The notes under the pieces: model-generated
Seen by the model: only the letters and a program-made list of their open reading frames with translations
What the model was told of the DNA's origin: nothing
Databases searched by the model: none
Position numbers and translations under genes: made by a program
Assembly (NCBI GenBank): GCA_965649825.1
Contig: OZ287705.1
Coordinates: forward strand, 186,001 to 250,000
Direction of reading: 5' to 3'
DNA: 64,000 nucleotides
DNA from: Penicillus capitatus
Taxonomy: Eukaryota > Plantae > Chlorophyta
Shown: positions 62,494-64,000 of the stretch, in pieces
Position numbering within the stretch: position 1 is the first letter of the stretch
Layout: each line of letters opens with the position of its first letter

Positions 62494-64000
62494 CTACGTA
62501 TGACGCGATGACTGCGGCTTAGAGAAAGTGATCTTATGCTTGGCAGCGCGATCCCTTAATGCCTCTCTGGCTTGCTGCTGCCTTCTACGTATTTCTTTCT
62601 TCGTCACGAGCATCCCCAGCCACTTATACAGGCGTAAACGATTATTGGGATAGATGAGCTTGAAATACAGAGGGTGATGCAGTTCACATTCGAGAAGGAA
62701 GCTGTCACTGAGCTGCAGTTGCGTGCAGATCGTCACTTGTACATACTTCTTGTCCGTCAATCCGAAGGTCGGCGAGATGGAGTTCAGTCGATCAGAGGGG
62801 ATCCGTTTTGGATCAAACGAGATGAGAGCCGTCGCCGATCCGATCTCGATCGACTGGGCGATATCCAGCGATTGCTCTTCGGCATCTGACACCTTCACAA
62901 CGACCGACGCGAATTTCTCGATGGGCAGCGGGACCTGCGGATCCCATGACAGTTGCAGCCGAAGACGGCAGCTCTCGCCAAGTTTTAGCAGGTACACGGG
63001 ATCGTGCTCGAGATAGTCATCGAAGAAAGCGGCCGCCTCATTGGTTGTTCTTTTTTCGAACGGAAGCGAAGGATTGCTTTCTTCAGTAAAAAGCTCGACA
63101 TCGAAATTGATCGTCAGCTTCTCATGAATGTGATGCAGCAAAGACCATCGTTGCAACGACGGATCCAACGCTGGACACAAGTGCCTGAGCGTAAACTGTA
63201 GATAAGCTGTATGTTGGAGGGGAATATGTCTGGGTCGTGGCTGTACTTTGTGGAATGAAGTGAAGGGAGGTTCTATCAATAATGCTGTCGCCGTTTTTCG
63301 CTCTGCTTTATTTTCCAAAAGGCATGCTTGGATGCATCGAAGGGTCTGTTCCTCGAGCGGTGCACCGTGTCCATACAGATCGTTGGCTGAGAGCCATGTC
63401 TGTGGAGCGTCGCTCTCCGTGGACGACGGTGCTTCCGTAAGTTGTCTGTTCAGTAGCTTCTGAATTCCGTCCACGTCCGTAGCAGAGGAACCTACGTACG
63501 ATGCACCGATCGATCGATCGTGATCGGAATCGCGATCGCGATCGAGCAGCGATTACGGGTGAAGACTTCGAACGCGATGACGCCGAGGGCCCATATGTCC
63601 ATCCGAGGCTCCATCCAAATCTGGTCTCGTAGTTTCTGGACCATTTCTGGACGGCGATACGTGCTGCCAACATTCGGTAGGACGCGACAGGCGTCTCCAA
63701 TCGACGTCGCCGCCGAAAGGCTGATGACTTTCCAAGTGAAGTCCCCAGAAAACCACATGATATGCGACGGATGCAGATTGCCGTGAACGATGCCCACATC
63801 GTGCATGGACTGCAGCGCTTCCAAAACCTGAACAGCAGGCCACGATGGCATCTGCCATACGCTCAGAGCTGAACGCACTGAATAGACGACAGACTTCTGT
63901 TCGATCGAAGACATCTGTCGTCCAGACATAAATTCGACAAGTGTGAGGCAGCCCCTTTCTAACACGATAAAGGGAGGCAACCCTTCGATGTCTTCTCTGC
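62494..64000 (-). CDS. Pseudokinase plus shared C-terminal domain (PK5, 5'-partial)
   Basis: LPPFIVLERG, IVHGNLHPSHIMW, WKVISLS, RRPE, MDIWALGVIAFEVFT; C-terminal ORF 62494..63474. Confidence 0.85.

Noticed and set aside
1-64000. tRNA, rRNA or telomeric repeats
   Set aside because: None recognised. Isolated GGTTCGA words (e.g. ~44599, ~61699) lack cloverleaf context.

Overview
Eukaryotic nuclear DNA with short (mostly 45-60 nt) spliceosomal introns. A green-algal or other protist origin is plausible but cannot be established from sequence alone. (1) 1-44.8 kb is a direct tandem array of four paralogues (the first is 5'-partial) of a 15-exon gene for a ~1,800-aa membrane protein: signal peptide, >20 FxxN/GGA(I/L) Chlamydia-Pmp-like beta-helix repeats, an Ig-like segment, a Cys-rich stalk and a multi-pass TM domain. 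The copies are recombinant mosaics with a hypervariable ectodomain block. (2) The spacers record a layered TE history. A dead Ty3/gypsy element was duplicated with the unit. One copy carries a 1.63-kb ORF1-only LINE derivative (16-bp TSD) and the other a 64-bp insert (7-bp TSD). The third spacer holds six TG..CA elements with 5-bp TSDs, partly nested, including a complete 1.9-kb gag-only LTR element. (3) 45.8-64 kb is a cluster of eight paralogues sharing a ~150-aa beta-rich C-terminal domain that I cannot assign to a known family. Five are fused to kinase folds that all lack the catalytic HRD aspartate (pseudokinases) and three stand alone. Gene models were built by eye from splice signals and are unverified by RNA data.
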